A stretch of 49,282 bases of DNA from Myxococcales bacterium (GTDB taxonomy: Bacteria; Myxococcota; UBA727; JABDBI01): assembly GCA_023248655.1 (NCBI GenBank), contig JAHFEE010000002.1, forward strand, positions 1-49,282, read 5' to 3'. Numbering within the stretch: the stretch's first letter is position 1; each line of letters starts with the position of its first letter. Position numbers and translations under genes: made by a program. This document shows, piece after piece, positions 9,585 to 21,575 of this stretch. The notes beneath the pieces were generated by a model that searched no databases, was not told the DNA's origin, and was given only the letters and a program-made list of their open reading frames with translations.

Positions 9585-12140
9585 ATGACAGATATTATTC
9601 CAATAAATATTACAGAAGAACTTAAAACTTCCTTTCGAGATTATTCAATGAGCGTAATCATAGGTCGCGCATTGCCTGATATTCGTGATGGCTTAAAACC
9701 GGTTCACAGAAGAATTTTGTATGCTATGTACACGGAAGGATTGCTTTCATCAAAAAAATTCAGTAAATGCGCCGGAGTTGTTGGCGAAGTTTTAAAAAAG
9801 TACCATCCACACGGTGATGCGTCGGTATATGAAGCATTGGTTCGTATGGCACAGCCTTGGAATATGCGTGAACTTTTAGTAGATGGTCAAGGAAATTTTG
9901 GCAGCATTGATGGAGATCCGGCTGCTGCTTATCGGTACACTGAAGCTCGTCTTACAAAAATTGCCGAGGAATTCCTAAAGGATATTAACAAGGAAACGGT
10001 CAATTTTATTGCTAATTTCGATAATACTACAGAAGAGCCAGCAATTTTACCAACTCGAATTCCAAATTTATTAATTAACGGATCAGAAGGAATTGCGGTA
10101 GCGATGGCAACTCGTTTTCCGCCTCATAATTTAAATGAAATTATTACTGCTTTATTAGGTATAATTTCTGAGCAATTCGAAAACGGACCTATTATAAATA
10201 ATGAAAAATTGCACGAATTTGTTCCCGGTCCGGATTTTCCGACTGGTGGTTTTATATGTGGTACTGCTGGGTACAGATCGGCTCTGGAGACGGGAAAGGG
10301 TTCTGTTGTAATCAGAGGAAAAGCATTGAGCAGTTTTAATGAGCAAATAAAACGACAGCAGATTATAATAGATGAAATTCCTTTCCAGGTAAATAAGGCT
10401 CGTTTATTAGAACGAATCGCAGAATTAGTTAAGGAAAAACGTATAGATGGAATAACTGACATCCGAGATGAATCGGATCGCAATGGTATGCGTATAGCAA
10501 TTGATTTAAGACGTGATGCGATTAGCGACGTTATCTTGAATCAACTTTATGAACTTACGCCGCTGCAGAGCTCTTATGCAATAAACATGTTATCAATTGT
10601 AAATGGTCAACCAAAAACATTGGGGCTTCGTAAATTGCTAGATGAATTTTTGGCATTTAGAAGAGAAATTGTAACACGAAGAAGTTTGTTCGAATTAAAA
10701 GAAGCACAAAACAAACTACACACAATTGCCGCATTTCTAATTGCATTAAATTCTGTTGAACGAATTATACAAATTGTTCGCCTATCGAAAAATTCTGAAG
10801 AAGCAAAAAATTTATTATGTAATGAAAAATTTCATTCTATAGATAAAATCTTGATATTTTCAAATTCTAAAATTAGTCAAATTGATACATGGATAAAGCA
10901 AGGCTTTGCACAATTAGATGAATCACAGGCAGCTTCAATTTTAGAGATGCGCTTATCTCGTCTAGTAGGACTTGAGCGTGAAAAATTGGAGTCGGAAGGG
11001 ATATCGGTATTGGATTCTGTAATTAATTTAGATAAAATTTTAACAAATACGAAATTATTAATGAATGTTATTAAAACTGAATTCATTGAAATAAGACAAA
11101 ATTTTTCAACCCCAAGAAAAAGCAAAATTATCGGAAAAGTAGAATTAATAACGAACGAAGACCTAATTCCTGAGGAGGAAATGTTAGTAACCATAAGTCG
11201 TCACGGTTACATTAAACGCGCACCTTTATCAAATTATCGCTCCCAGAAAAGAGGAGGAAAGGGTAAACAAGCAGTAACAGCCAAAGATGAAGATTTTATC
11301 CAAGATGCATTTGCCGCCTCAACGCATGCTTATTTGTTAGTTTTTACGAGCAATGGACGTGTTTTTTGGGTTAAGGTTCATGAATTACCACAGGCCGGCT
11401 CTGCCTCTAAAGGTAGACCTATTATAAATTTAATTCAATTGGCCGAAAAAGAACAAGTTAAAGCAATACTGCCGGTACGTCATTTTCCACTAAAAGAAAA
11501 TGAAAATTTTGTTGTTACTGTTACCAAGAATGGAAAAATAAAAAAGACAGATCTTATTGCGTATTCCAATCCCAGGGCCAATGGGTTAATTGCGTGCGGA
11601 ATTGAAGATAACGATATGTTGGTAAGCGCCAAGATAACCAATGGATTCCAGGAACTTGTATTATCTAGCTCAAATGGAATAGCTATTCGATTTAAGGAAT
11701 CAGAGGTAAGACCAATGGGACGTCAGGCTATCGGAGTGAGAGGTATTACATTAAGAAATAGTAATGAAGTTGTTAGTTTGGAGGTTTTAAGCGAAAATAT
11801 GAGTCTTTTGACTGTAACTGAATTTGGTTACGGAAAAAGAACAAATATTTCAGAATACAGATGCCAATCTCGCGGCGGAATAGGACTCATAACCATTAAA
11901 ACCGATAAGAGAAATGGTAAAGTTATTGGTGTAATTCAGGTAAATCAAGCAGACAATATTATGATAATTACCGATGCTGGAACACTTCTGCGAATGAAGG
12001 CTTCCGATGTGTCAGAAATAGGCAGAAACACAAAAGGGGTAAGATTAATTTCTGTAAATAGAAATGATAAAAGTTCAAAAGAAAAGGTTGCTGCGATATC
12101 AAGGATATCAGAATATATTGAAGAGGAATATATTGAATAA
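9585..12140 (+). CDS. gyrA: DNA gyrase subunit A
   Basis: Contains [26 protein letters not shown], the catalytic-Tyr region [11 protein letters not shown], and the GyrA box QKRGGKGKQ in the C-terminal beta-pinwheel. The GyrA box argues for GyrA rather than ParC. Confidence 0.93.
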   Translation: MTDIIPINITEELKTSFRDYSMSVIIGRALPDIRDGLKPVHRRILYAMYTEGLLSSKKFSKCAGVVGEVLKKYHPHGDASVYEALVRMAQPWNMRELLVDGQGNFGSIDGDPAAAYRYTEARLTKIAEEFLKDINKETVNFIANFDNTTEEPAILPTRIPNLLINGSEGIAVAMATRFPPHNLNEIITALLGIISEQFENGPIINNEKLHEFVPGPDFPTGGFICGTAGYRSALETGKGSVVIRGKALSSFNEQIKRQQIIIDEIPFQVNKARLLERIAELVKEKRIDGITDIRDESDRNGMRIAIDLRRDAISDVILNQLYELTPLQSSYAINMLSIVNGQPKTLGLRKLLDEFLAFRREIVTRRSLFELKEAQNKLHTIAAFLIALNSVERIIQIVRLSKNSEEAKNLLCNEKFHSIDKILIFSNSKISQIDTWIKQGFAQLDESQAASILEMRLSRLVGLEREKLESEGISVLDSVINLDKILTNTKLLMNVIKTEFIEIRQNFSTPRKSKIIGKVELITNEDLIPEEEMLVTISRHGYIKRAPLSNYRSQKRGGKGKQAVTAKDEDFIQDAFAASTHAYLLVFTSNGRVFWVKVHELPQAGSASKGRPIINLIQLAEKEQVKAILPVRHFPLKENENFVVTVTKNGKIKKTDLIAYSNPRANGLIACGIEDNDMLVSAKITNGFQELVLSSSNGIAIRFKESEVRPMGRQAIGVRGITLRNSNEVVSLEVLSENMSLLTVTEFGYGKRTNISEYRCQSRGGIGLITIKTDKRNGKVIGVIQVNQADNIMIITDAGTLLRMKASDVSEIGRNTKGVRLISVNRNDKSSKEKVAAISRISEYIEEEYIE

Positions 12141-12503
12141 ACTGAATTTGGAAATAACACCATTTCAATGATATTATTTAAAATTATGGTTTCGTTTTAA
12201 TAGTATTATTATTGTTTTTAACAGATCAAGATTGTCCTGTGAGTAAAATTAGAAGTTTAAAACGCGCATTGATCTCTAATCCAAAAAATTTAATAAGGTT
12301 GATTATTTTAAATGAGCTTTTTTACTTTGCGATTTCCTAAAAAATGTAAATTGAAAAATTTCTAAGATAAAAACAAAATTAAGTTATTCAATCAAGCGCG
12401 GGTTTAGAGATTGATTGGTCTGTTTTTTATGCTTTAAAGCAGAAATTATATAGAAACTATAAAAAAATTGCATTAAAAAGTAAGTTCATCTTGATAGCGG
12501 TAT

Positions 12504-13520
12504 GTGTGCATGTTAATCTTTTTAACAGTGAAGCAAGGTATTTATGATATTATGTGTGATCCGAAATTTTCACAATTTCAAATACTACCAATGCCATTTG
12601 ATGCAACTACTTCATATAAAAGCGGTGCCTCGTTGGGCCCGGAAGCTATATTTCTAGCTAGTAAACAAGTTGATCTTTTGGATTCGGATGTAGGTTCTCC
12701 GATTTATGCTGGAATTTATTTCAATAAGACCCCATACGGTATTTTACATCGCAATAATGAGTCCATTAAGCTTGTTAAAAAAATTAGGAAATCTTTTAAT
12801 GAAATAGATTTAAAAAGCCTTCAACGATATACTCAAAAAAATAATACACTTACATACAATTGGAGCATGAAAATTCTCAATAAAAAACAAATACCCATAA
12901 TCCTAGGAGGAGATCACAGCACTCCCCTTGGATCAATAATGGCTTGTTCTGAACATTATAAGAATAATGTGGGAATTTTGCAAATAGATGCTCATGCTGA
13001 TCTGAGAAATTCTTACGAGGGTTTTCATGATTCACATGCATCCATTATGTACAATGTCTTAACTAGAATTCCAAAACTGGAAAGAATTGTTCAAATTGGA
13101 GTTCGTGATTTTTGCGAAGAAGAAGCCTTATTTATTGAATTTAACAAAAGAAAAATAAAAACTTTTTTTGATTCCGATTTGCGTCGGGCTCGCATCGGTG
13201 GAAAGATTATCCCTTTCTTTAAAAATATTTTAAAATTATTACCAAATTTTGTTTATCTTACTGTTGATATAGATGGCCTGGATCCGTCTTTATGTCCAAA
13301 TACCGGAACCCCGGTTCCGGGAGGTCTTCGTTTCGATGAATTTATAACACTTCTTGAAGTATTGGTTACTTTAAAAAAAAGGATAATTGGAATGGATTTA
13401 GTAGAGGTGGCTATTCCAAGAGAAATTCCACGATATAAGTGGGCGGAAATTTTGGATGCTAACATAGGTGCAAGGATTTTGTACAAAATGATAGGGTTTG
13501 CACTTAAGACACAGTCTTGA
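12504..13520 (+). CDS. Arginase-family ureohydrolase (agmatinase / formimidoylglutamase-like)
   Basis: Carries the Mn-ligand motifs [18 protein letters not shown] and [10 protein letters not shown]. The start is uncertain, with in-frame ATGs at 12504, 12510 and 12552. Confidence 0.7.
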   Translation: MCMLIFLTVKQGIYDIMCDPKFSQFQILPMPFDATTSYKSGASLGPEAIFLASKQVDLLDSDVGSPIYAGIYFNKTPYGILHRNNESIKLVKKIRKSFNEIDLKSLQRYTQKNNTLTYNWSMKILNKKQIPIILGGDHSTPLGSIMACSEHYKNNVGILQIDAHADLRNSYEGFHDSHASIMYNVLTRIPKLERIVQIGVRDFCEEEALFIEFNKRKIKTFFDSDLRRARIGGKIIPFFKNILKLLPNFVYLTVDIDGLDPSLCPNTGTPVPGGLRFDEFITLLEVLVTLKKRIIGMDLVEVAIPREIPRYKWAEILDANIGARILYKMIGFALKTQS

Positions 13521-13544
13521 CTCATTGAATTTCCTGCTTACGCT
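13516..13544 (+). promoter_or_regulatory. Candidate dnaK promoter (CTTGACT-N15-TTACGCT)
   Basis: TTGACT at 13517-13522 and TACGCT at 13539-13544 with a 16-nt spacer, 25 nt upstream of the dnaK ATG. A 29-nt block upstream of groES (45017-45045) matches 20/29 ungapped with identical spacing. Confidence 0.35.
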
Positions 13545-13569
13545 AAAGAGCAAAGGAATAATACCAGTC

Positions 13570-15456
13570 ATGGCGAAAATTATCGGAATTGATCTTGGAA
13601 CAACTAATTCAGTTGTTGCTATTATGGAAGGCGGAGAACCTATAGTTATTGCAAACGAGGAAGGCTCGAGAACGACTCCTTCCGTGGTTGCATATAGCAA
13701 GGATGGCGAAATACTGATCGGGCAGCCTGCGAAACGTCAGGCAATCACTAACCCCGAAAACACTATATTTTCTGCGAAACGTTTTATGGGACATCGTTTT
13801 GATGAAAGTCAAGCAGAGATTCAAAAACATCCATTCAATTGTGTAAAATTGGATAACGGGGGGATTGGATTCAGGGCGCAGGGTAATATCGTTACACCTC
13901 CCGAAGTTTCTGCTAAAATTCTTCAAAAATTAAAACGTGCTGCTGAGGCCTATTTGGGGCAGGAGGTAAAAGAAGCAGTTATTACCGTTCCGGCATATTT
14001 TAACGACGCACAACGTCAGGCAACTAGAGATGCTGGGAAAATAGCGGGACTTGATGTTAAGCGAATCGTAAATGAGCCAACAGCAGCTGCTCTTGCTTAC
14101 GGTATGGATAAAAAAACCGAGGAAAAGATAGCCGTTTATGATTTAGGCGGTGGAACATTTGATATATCTATCCTGGAAGTTGGCCAAAACGTGGTTGAGG
14201 TCATATCAACAAATGGCGATACCCACCTTGGTGGTGATGATTTTGACAATATTATAATGAGTTACTTGACCGCCGAATTTAAAAAAGACACAGGCATTGA
14301 TATTTCAAAAGACAAGATGGTTATACAACGCCTAAAAGAGGCTTCTGAAAAAGCGAAAATAGAATTATCCAATGTAAAGGAGACAGAAATTGCATTGCCA
14401 TTTTTGACGGCAGATTCCACCGGTCCAAAACATCTCAACGTGAAACTAACAAGGGCTAAACTTGAGCAGTTACTTGAAGGATCTATTCAGAAAACATTAG
14501 AACCTTGCAAAAAAGCTTTATTGGATGCAAAGTTGAAAGTTAGCGATATCAATGAAATTGTTCTTGTTGGTGGATCCACTCGCATTCCACGTGTGCAGGA
14601 AATCGTAAAAGAATTTTTTGAAAGAGAGCCGAATAGATCCGTAAATCCTGACGAAGTAGTAGCTCTTGGAGCCGCAGTTCAAGCAGGTGTCCTGGCGGGC
14701 GATGTTAAGGATATGTTGCTACTTGATGTGACGCCACTCAGTTTAGGAATTGAAACTCTTGGCGGTGTTACGACGGTTTTAATACCCAGAAATACAACAA
14801 TTCCTACTAAGAAATCTGAAATATTTTCAACGGCGGCCGATAATCAAACCTCTGTAGAAGTTCACGTATTACAGGGAGAAAGGGATATGGCCAGAGACAA
14901 TAGAACTCTTGGACGTTTTCATCTTGAAGGAATTTCATCTGCGCCACGAGGCATACCTCAAATTGAGGTCACTTTTGATATTGACGCAAATGGAATTGTT
15001 CATGTATCGGCAAAAGATCGAACAACAAACAAAGAACAAAAGATATCAATTACATCAAGTTCCGGTTTGTCTGATGCGGAAATTAGTCGAATGGTGAAAG
15101 AGGCTGAAGAACATTTGACCGATGATAAAAAACGTCGTGAAATTATTGAGGAACGCAACAAGTTAGACAACGCAGTATACGCAATTGAAAAAATGCTTAA
15201 TGAAAATAAAGATAAGATTTCGGAAGATGTTCGAAATTCTGTTGAAAAAACATTGAGCGATGTAAAATCTAAGATTGATTCTCAGGATATTGGTGAATTA
15301 AAAAATGTATTAACAATATTAAACACCGAACATCAAAAATTGTCAGCAGAATTAAATAAGCAAAATTCAGCAGAATCTGCAACTTCTGCTAATGAACAGA
15401 AAAAAGATGAAAATTCTAACAAAACTGTTGAAGCGGAATTTGAGGATTCAAATTAG
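13570..15456 (+). CDS. dnaK: Molecular chaperone DnaK (Hsp70)
   Basis: Contains [22 protein letters not shown] and [13 protein letters not shown], with full-length Hsp70 similarity. Start set at ATG 13570 inside ORF 13498..15456. Confidence 0.95.
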   Translation: MAKIIGIDLGTTNSVVAIMEGGEPIVIANEEGSRTTPSVVAYSKDGEILIGQPAKRQAITNPENTIFSAKRFMGHRFDESQAEIQKHPFNCVKLDNGGIGFRAQGNIVTPPEVSAKILQKLKRAAEAYLGQEVKEAVITVPAYFNDAQRQATRDAGKIAGLDVKRIVNEPTAAALAYGMDKKTEEKIAVYDLGGGTFDISILEVGQNVVEVISTNGDTHLGGDDFDNIIMSYLTAEFKKDTGIDISKDKMVIQRLKEASEKAKIELSNVKETEIALPFLTADSTGPKHLNVKLTRAKLEQLLEGSIQKTLEPCKKALLDAKLKVSDINEIVLVGGSTRIPRVQEIVKEFFEREPNRSVNPDEVVALGAAVQAGVLAGDVKDMLLLDVTPLSLGIETLGGVTTVLIPRNTTIPTKKSEIFSTAADNQTSVEVHVLQGERDMARDNRTLGRFHLEGISSAPRGIPQIEVTFDIDANGIVHVSAKDRTTNKEQKISITSSSGLSDAEISRMVKEAEEHLTDDKKRREIIEERNKLDNAVYAIEKMLNENKDKISEDVRNSVEKTLSDVKSKIDSQDIGELKNVLTILNTEHQKLSAELNKQNSAESATSANEQKKDENSNKTVEAEFEDSN

Positions 15457-15493
15457 GAATTTTTAGGATCAGTAATTTGGATTAACGGGGATT

Positions 15494-15531
15494 ACACAAC
15501 GGGCGCCCAGCTGGGCGCCCGTTGTGTTTTG
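15494..15531. terminator. Intrinsic terminator shared by the convergent dnaK and rplC genes
   Basis: A perfect 34-nt palindrome, ACACAACGGGCGCCC-AGCT-GGGCGCCCGTTGTGT, followed by TTTTG on the + strand. It lies between the dnaK stop (15456) and the rplC stop (15601). Confidence 0.8.
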
Positions 15532-15600
15532 TTCTATTTTCTATTTTGAATCTAAGATTACGTTAAAAAAACTTAAATTAATCAAATGTTTGATGTTATT

Positions 15601-16368
15601 TTATTTCTTCTTTTGAGATGAAGATTTGTTTCCGCCACTCTTCATTCCAGCCTTAGAAGCTTTCATTGGATTCTTTTTGCTTCCTTCTTCGATCGTGGCA
15701 GAATATCCACTAATTCCAGGAAGAGCACGTGGTCTATAATTGGAAGTGAAAATTTTAACCATTTTACCCTTTGGACCAGGTACCGCTCCTCTGATTAGTA
15801 AAAGATTTTCTTCAGAAATTATTTTTACAATTCTTAAATTTTTAACATGAACCAATTCATTTCCCATGCGACCCGCCATGCGTTTTCCCTTAAATACCTT
15901 ACCTGGTCTAGAACGCATACCAATAGACCCACCATGTCTAAAAAATTCATGAGTACCATGAGTTCTTGGAAATCCGGAAAAATTATGACGTTTCATAACA
16001 CCAGCAAATCCTTTGCCTTTGCTAATTGCTGAAACATTTACTGATCCGATTCCGTTGAAAAGCTCAATCCCTATACTCGAACCTATTGTAAAAGATTCTT
16101 CATCTGAGCTGGAAATCCTGCATTCAAATACGAATCGCTTACACTCTATTCCAAATTTAGAAAATTGACCACGGTCAGCTTTTGTTAATAATTTTTCTCG
16201 AATTGCGCCAACACCTAATCTTATCGCTGAATATCCATCTTTTTCTCGATTCTTTTTAGCAATAATTATATTTGGCTCTATTTTTAAAACCGTAACAGGA
16301 ACCCGCACTCCATCTTCAATGAAAATCTGAGTCATTCCAATTTTGGAAGCCATTACACCTAGGCTCAT
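15601..16368 (-). CDS. rplC: 50S ribosomal protein L3 with a C-terminal Lys/Ser-rich extension
   Basis: GVMASKIGMTQIF, SKGKGFAGVMKRHNF, PGKVFKGKRMAGRMGNE and LLLIRGAVPG align with L3 end to end. About 45 extra residues follow the usual C-terminus. Confidence 0.9.
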   Translation of the reverse strand: MSLGVMASKIGMTQIFIEDGVRVPVTVLKIEPNIIIAKKNREKDGYSAIRLGVGAIREKLLTKADRGQFSKFGIECKRFVFECRISSSDEESFTIGSSIGIELFNGIGSVNVSAISKGKGFAGVMKRHNFSGFPRTHGTHEFFRHGGSIGMRSRPGKVFKGKRMAGRMGNELVHVKNLRIVKIISEENLLLIRGAVPGPKGKMVKIFTSNYRPRALPGISGYSATIEEGSKKNPMKASKAGMKSGGNKSSSQKKK

Positions 16369-16498
16369 TTAAAGCACTCCTTTGATCTTATGTTTTTTAT
16401 AAAAAATCACAGAGGATCATATCTCTTGACCATTTTCATACCTTTCCAAGTTAGTCAATCTCCTAGCATTGCTATTCTCTTTATGACATTCTCTAAAA

Positions 16499-18538
16499 AT
16501 GACATTTGCTGAAGTTGTACTACCTGTATCTGGAATTTATGGATGTTTAACTTACAAAATACCAACAATTATTACTCAGGCTAACTGCAAACAAAAACTT
16601 ATAGGTTGTCGTGTAAGGGTTAAATTGAAAAATAGATCGGTTGTCGGTGTCATAATTAACATTATACAAGACAAATCAATTGATAATTTGATAAATCTAA
16701 AAGATATAGAATTAATATTAGATGAAAAACCGATAATTACAAAAGAGCAAATTGAATTATGTAAATTCGTTTCTAGTTATTATATGTCACCAATCGGAAA
16801 GGTTATTCGCTTGTGTTTACCGCCAGGTGCACTAAAAATACCTTACGTTAAAAAACCTCAAAGACAGGAAAAAAAAATACATCCATTCAATGAGATTAAA
16901 AAAAGAAATTTGTTACAATTAAATTTAGAACAAGAAAATATAATTAAAAATATTAATTCAAATTTCAGTAATTTAAATGCGTTCTTGATAGAAGGAATCA
17001 CCGGATCCGGAAAAACAGAGATTTATATTCGAATATCGGAAACAATTTTAAAAAAAAGAAAAAAAGTTTTAATTATAATTCCCGAGATCGCTTTAAGTTC
17101 GCATATTTATGACAGATTCGTATCGCAAATTGATCAACCGATAACAATGTTACATTCTAAATTATCGCCCAATAAACGTAGAGAAATCTTCTATGATTTA
17201 TTAGAAAATAAAATTTCATTAATAATTGGAACTAGATCTGCGCTGTTTGCGCCAATTTCAAATCTAGGCTTGATCATTGTTGATGAAGAACATGATTCAA
17301 GCCTAAAACAAGACGAAACACCTAGATACAATGCTAGAGATATTGCAATTTGGAGAGCTAAAAATGAGAATGCTATCATATTATTAGGCAGTGCGACGCC
17401 ATCACTTGAAAGTATTGCAAATGTTAAACTTGGAAAATTAAATTATCTAAAATTAACCAAAAGGGCCGTTCCGAATTCTTTTCTTCCAGTTATTGAATTA
17501 ATCGACTTAAAATCCAAAAAATATCTTTTATTGCAAAAAAATATAGATAGAAATATTCAATTGATATCATATCCATTAAGAATAGCGATCAAGGAAGCAT
17601 TGGAAAGAAACGAACAAATCTTACTATTTCTCAACAGACGCGGATATGCATCGTTAATTACATGTACCAATTGTGGCAAATTAGCAAACTGTCCTAATTG
17701 TTCTGTTTCTTTAACATTTCATTCAAACACTAAAAAATTATGTTGTCATCTTTGCAATTATACAAACTTTATTCAGACTCATTGTTTATTTTGTGGCAAT
17801 GAATCAGTGAAATATTTTGGATTTGGATTGGAGCGTATTCAAAAGGAAATATTATCATTATTTCCAGGCGTAAATTCTATTTGTTTAGACAGTGGTACAA
17901 TGGCAAATTTGTCAAATGTGAAAAAAATCTTCGCACAAATAGATTCAGGAATGGCTCAAATTCTCATAGGTACACAAATAATTGCAAAAGGTTACGATTT
18001 TCCAAATTTGTCCCTAGTTGGTATAATATTGGCAGACATGGGTTTATCTGTGCCAGATTTTCGAGCATCAGAAAAAACATTTCAACTTTTAATGCAAGTT
18101 TCGGGAAGGGCGGGAAGACGCGATACGCCTGGTAGGGTATTAATTCAAACAATGAATCCAGAGAATTTGATATTTTCTTGTATTAAAAATTATGATTTAG
18201 ATCAGTTCTATCAGAATGAACTTAATAATCGAAAAATAATGAAACAGCCTCCTTACGTAAAATCAGCACTGATTCGTATTGAATCAAAAAATTTATTACT
18301 GACTAGGGAAAATTCTATTAAAATTAAAAAAATACTTGAATTAAATTTAACGAAAGAATCTACTTTGCTGGGACCAGCACCGGCTTTAATTGAAAAATTA
18401 AAAAATATTTATCGTTGGCAAATATTTCTTAAAACTTCAACCAATAAACTTCGAAACGAAATACTTAAGCCACTATTGTCTTTAACCTTAAAAAATACAA
18501 AAATAATAATTGATATAGATCCTATCCAGATAGTATGA
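16499..18538 (+). CDS. priA: Primosomal protein N' (replication restart helicase PriA)
   Basis: Has Walker A GITGSGKTEIY, the DEEHD box, and the Cys-rich zinc module CTNCGKLANCPNCSVSLTFHSNTKKLCCHLCNY...CLFCGN. Confidence 0.9.
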   Translation: MTFAEVVLPVSGIYGCLTYKIPTIITQANCKQKLIGCRVRVKLKNRSVVGVIINIIQDKSIDNLINLKDIELILDEKPIITKEQIELCKFVSSYYMSPIGKVIRLCLPPGALKIPYVKKPQRQEKKIHPFNEIKKRNLLQLNLEQENIIKNINSNFSNLNAFLIEGITGSGKTEIYIRISETILKKRKKVLIIIPEIALSSHIYDRFVSQIDQPITMLHSKLSPNKRREIFYDLLENKISLIIGTRSALFAPISNLGLIIVDEEHDSSLKQDETPRYNARDIAIWRAKNENAIILLGSATPSLESIANVKLGKLNYLKLTKRAVPNSFLPVIELIDLKSKKYLLLQKNIDRNIQLISYPLRIAIKEALERNEQILLFLNRRGYASLITCTNCGKLANCPNCSVSLTFHSNTKKLCCHLCNYTNFIQTHCLFCGNESVKYFGFGLERIQKEILSLFPGVNSICLDSGTMANLSNVKKIFAQIDSGMAQILIGTQIIAKGYDFPNLSLVGIILADMGLSVPDFRASEKTFQLLMQVSGRAGRRDTPGRVLIQTMNPENLIFSCIKNYDLDQFYQNELNNRKIMKQPPYVKSALIRIESKNLLLTRENSIKIKKILELNLTKESTLLGPAPALIEKLKNIYRWQIFLKTSTNKLRNEILKPLLSLTLKNTKIIIDIDPIQIV

Positions 18539-18543
18539 TAAAA

Positions 18544-19785
18544 TTAAGCAATCAGATGAAGAATTCTTGATAATCGAAATATAGGAAGAGAAAATTTTCC
18601 GACCTTAAACCACGCTTTTCTTCCATCAATGCTGACCCAAACACAGATAACCTTGCCATGAATATTGTTAATCGACAATGCTCCCCAGAATCGACTATCT
18701 GCAGAATTTTCACGATTATCTCCCATTACAAAAACGAAACCTTCTTTTATTTTACAAAATTCCTTATTGCACTCCAAGCCAGGATATTGGTGTTTGCTCA
18801 TTGATTTATTGACAGTTGGCCAAAATTCTAAAAATTTATTCGTATAAGTTTGATGAACAATATTACTTTTAATAGATTCTTTATTTAAAAAAGCTGTTCG
18901 ACTTTGCCATTTTTTTTCATATGAAAGATAGTCATAATATAAAATTTTTTCATGATTCAACAAATAAATATACGGCTTATTATCAACATAAATAATTCCA
19001 TTTTTAATTGAAACAGTTTGACCCGCACAGGCAATCACGCGCTTGACCCAATCCGCACCTATATTGCTTGACGTATATGAGGGAGCCTTAAAGATAACAA
19101 CATCCCCTGGTTTTGGGGTAGACCAACGAATAAGATAGGAATACTGCTGCCAGGGAAAAGGATTAATGATTCCGTAACTTAATTTCAACGCAAACACATG
19201 GTCTCCAATTAACAACGTTGGGACCATTGAACTTGATGGAATTTGGAATGGTTCAATTATAAGTAAGCGTATAATAAATGAAATAAGAAGAGCTACAAAA
19301 ATTGATTTAAATTTTTCAAAGAAATCCTTGTCTGATAATTTCTCAAATAAAAATTTTGAATCATGCTCGGATTGCGTTAACAGGTCTTGTATTTTGTCAA
19401 AATTTTTATTGGATTTATGTAAATGACTTTCCAGAATATCTAAAGTTTTTTTTACTATTAGAATGTTTGCAGAATTTAAAAATTTATTTTTTCTTGAAAT
19501 TTTTTTTATTTTTTTTTTGAATAATTCCACTCTATTTTTAGCACGAAATATAAATAATGCCTTTTTAATAGATCCTTGTTCTAGGATAAGTTCGTTTAAA
19601 AATAAGCCAAAATTTTTAGTAAAAACATATAGCAAAAATATTATCAATATTAATATAATGAAGATGTTTGCACCAAGTTCTCCCGGTTGATAAAAAAGTT
19701 CCCAAGTATTTAAAATAAATATTATACCAATTAGAAAAGCTATCAAATTCCCGAATTGCAAATACCTATTCACAAAAATTCTCAA
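18544..19785 (-). CDS. lepB: Signal peptidase I, long form
   Basis: Contains the catalytic Ser box PSSSMVPTL, the Lys box [12 protein letters not shown], and [15 protein letters not shown] 180-aa N-terminal region holds three hydrophobic segments. TTG start in a TTGA overlap with the lepA stop. Confidence 0.88.
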   Translation of the reverse strand: MRIFVNRYLQFGNLIAFLIGIIFILNTWELFYQPGELGANIFIILILIIFLLYVFTKNFGLFLNELILEQGSIKKALFIFRAKNRVELFKKKIKKISRKNKFLNSANILIVKKTLDILESHLHKSNKNFDKIQDLLTQSEHDSKFLFEKLSDKDFFEKFKSIFVALLISFIIRLLIIEPFQIPSSSMVPTLLIGDHVFALKLSYGIINPFPWQQYSYLIRWSTPKPGDVVIFKAPSYTSSNIGADWVKRVIACAGQTVSIKNGIIYVDNKPYIYLLNHEKILYYDYLSYEKKWQSRTAFLNKESIKSNIVHQTYTNKFLEFWPTVNKSMSKHQYPGLECNKEFCKIKEGFVFVMGDNRENSADSRFWGALSINNIHGKVICVWVSIDGRKAWFKVGKFSLPIFRLSRILHLIA

Positions 19786-21575
19786 TTAATTTTCAACACT
19801 GACAAGAAGGCAGCTTGAGGAACATCGATTTTTCCTATTTTTCGCATTCTTTTTTTACCACGTTTCTGTTTTTCAAGAAGCTTTCTTTTTCTAGTAATAT
19901 CCCCTCCGTAGCATTTTGCAGTTACATCTTTTCTGAGTGCCGAGATTGTTTCTCGGGCTATTATTTTTCCTCCAATAGCGGCCTGTATTGACACCTGGTA
20001 CTGTTGCTTTGGAATAACATTTTTCATAGTTTCACAAATCGACTTACCTCGCACATAGGCCGAATCGTGATGCAATACAAGAGATAAAGCATCTACTGCA
20101 TCTCCATTTATTAATATATCTACCTTAACCAATTTTGCCTTTCTGTACTCGGCTAAATCATAATCAAAACTAGCATAACCACGAGTTAGTGATTTAAGTT
20201 TGTCAAAAAAATCAAAAACAATTTCTGATATTGGTAAATAATATTGAATTGTAACATGAGTGGTCTTTAGGTAATTAATTGCAATCTGCTCTCCTCTTCG
20301 CATTTCGCATAAACTGATTATTGACCCAATGTATTCTATTGGAGAATGGATATCTACATTTGCAAATGGTTCTTCGTAAAAATTGACTTTTATGGGATCT
20401 GGCATCTTGGTGGGACTGTCTATTGGAATTATTTCACCAGATTTTAGATGAGCTTTAAATAAAACCGATGGAGCAGTTACAATTATATCAAGATCAAATT
20501 CTCTCTCCAGGCGCTCTTGAACAATTTCCATATGCAAGAGACCCAAAAAACCACACCTGTAACCAAATCCAAGAGCTTGACTTGATTCCGGCTCGAAAAC
20601 TAACGATGAATCATTTAAAGCCAATTTAAGCAATGAATCCTTCAAATTATTATATTCAGATGAGTCTGTTGGAAATATGCCAGCAAACACCATTGGTTTA
20701 ACGTCTTTAAACCCAATGATTGCATTTGCGGCAGGATTGCTAATGCTTGTTATTGTATCACCTACTTTTGTATCCGTAACTGATTTTATATTTGCAACAA
20801 TGAAGCCTACCTCTCCAGAGCTAAGCTTTTTAAGTTCTATCGAATTGGGCGAAAAAGCGCCTACGCTTTGTACTTCAAATTCTTTTTTGTTTGACATTAA
20901 ATATATGGAATCACCGGGATTTAGGACTCCATGAACGATTCGCACCAAAACCACAACGCCTTTATAGGGATCAAACCAACTATCAAATACCAATGCCTGC
21001 AAGGAAGCATTAGTGTTACCATTAGGTGCCGGAATCTTATTAACAATAATTTCTAAAAGATCTTCAATTCCCTCTCCGGTTTTTCCTGATGTCAAAACGC
21101 ACGCTGAAGCATCTATTCCAATTATTTCTTCAATTTCTTTTTTAACTCTTTCTGGGTCCGCGTTAGGTAAATCAATTTTATTAATCACTGGTATAATAGT
21201 TAAATTATTTTCTATTGCCAAACGAACATTGGCAATAGTTTGAGCTTGAACACCCTGTGTTGCATCGACGATTAAAATTGCCCCCTCGCAGGCTGAAAGG
21301 GATCGGGAAACTTCATAGCCAAAATCCACATGACCTGGAGTATCTATAAGATTTAACAAATATTCAGATTTGTTACAAGATTTATAATGTAAACGAACAG
21401 CTTGAGATTTGATTGTTATTCCGCGCTCTCTTTCAATTTCCATTTTATCCAAAAATTGCGCTTTCATTTCGCGTGGCTGAAGAGCGCCGGTAAATTCAAG
21501 AATTCGATCAGCTAACGTACTTTTACCATGATCTATGTGAGCGATTATCGAAAAATTACGAATATATTTTTGCAT
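19782..21575 (-). CDS. lepA: Translation elongation factor 4 (LepA)
   Basis: Has GTPase motifs [14 protein letters not shown] and NKID, plus the LepA-specific C-terminus ([22 protein letters not shown]). Start set at ATG 21575, preceded by AAAAAGG. The ORF track extends to 21677. Confidence 0.93.
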   Translation of the reverse strand: MQKYIRNFSIIAHIDHGKSTLADRILEFTGALQPREMKAQFLDKMEIERERGITIKSQAVRLHYKSCNKSEYLLNLIDTPGHVDFGYEVSRSLSACEGAILIVDATQGVQAQTIANVRLAIENNLTIIPVINKIDLPNADPERVKKEIEEIIGIDASACVLTSGKTGEGIEDLLEIIVNKIPAPNGNTNASLQALVFDSWFDPYKGVVVLVRIVHGVLNPGDSIYLMSNKKEFEVQSVGAFSPNSIELKKLSSGEVGFIVANIKSVTDTKVGDTITSISNPAANAIIGFKDVKPMVFAGIFPTDSSEYNNLKDSLLKLALNDSSLVFEPESSQALGFGYRCGFLGLLHMEIVQERLEREFDLDIIVTAPSVLFKAHLKSGEIIPIDSPTKMPDPIKVNFYEEPFANVDIHSPIEYIGSIISLCEMRRGEQIAINYLKTTHVTIQYYLPISEIVFDFFDKLKSLTRGYASFDYDLAEYRKAKLVKVDILINGDAVDALSLVLHHDSAYVRGKSICETMKNVIPKQQYQVSIQAAIGGKIIARETISALRKDVTAKCYGGDITRKRKLLEKQKRGKKRMRKIGKIDVPQAAFLSVLKIN

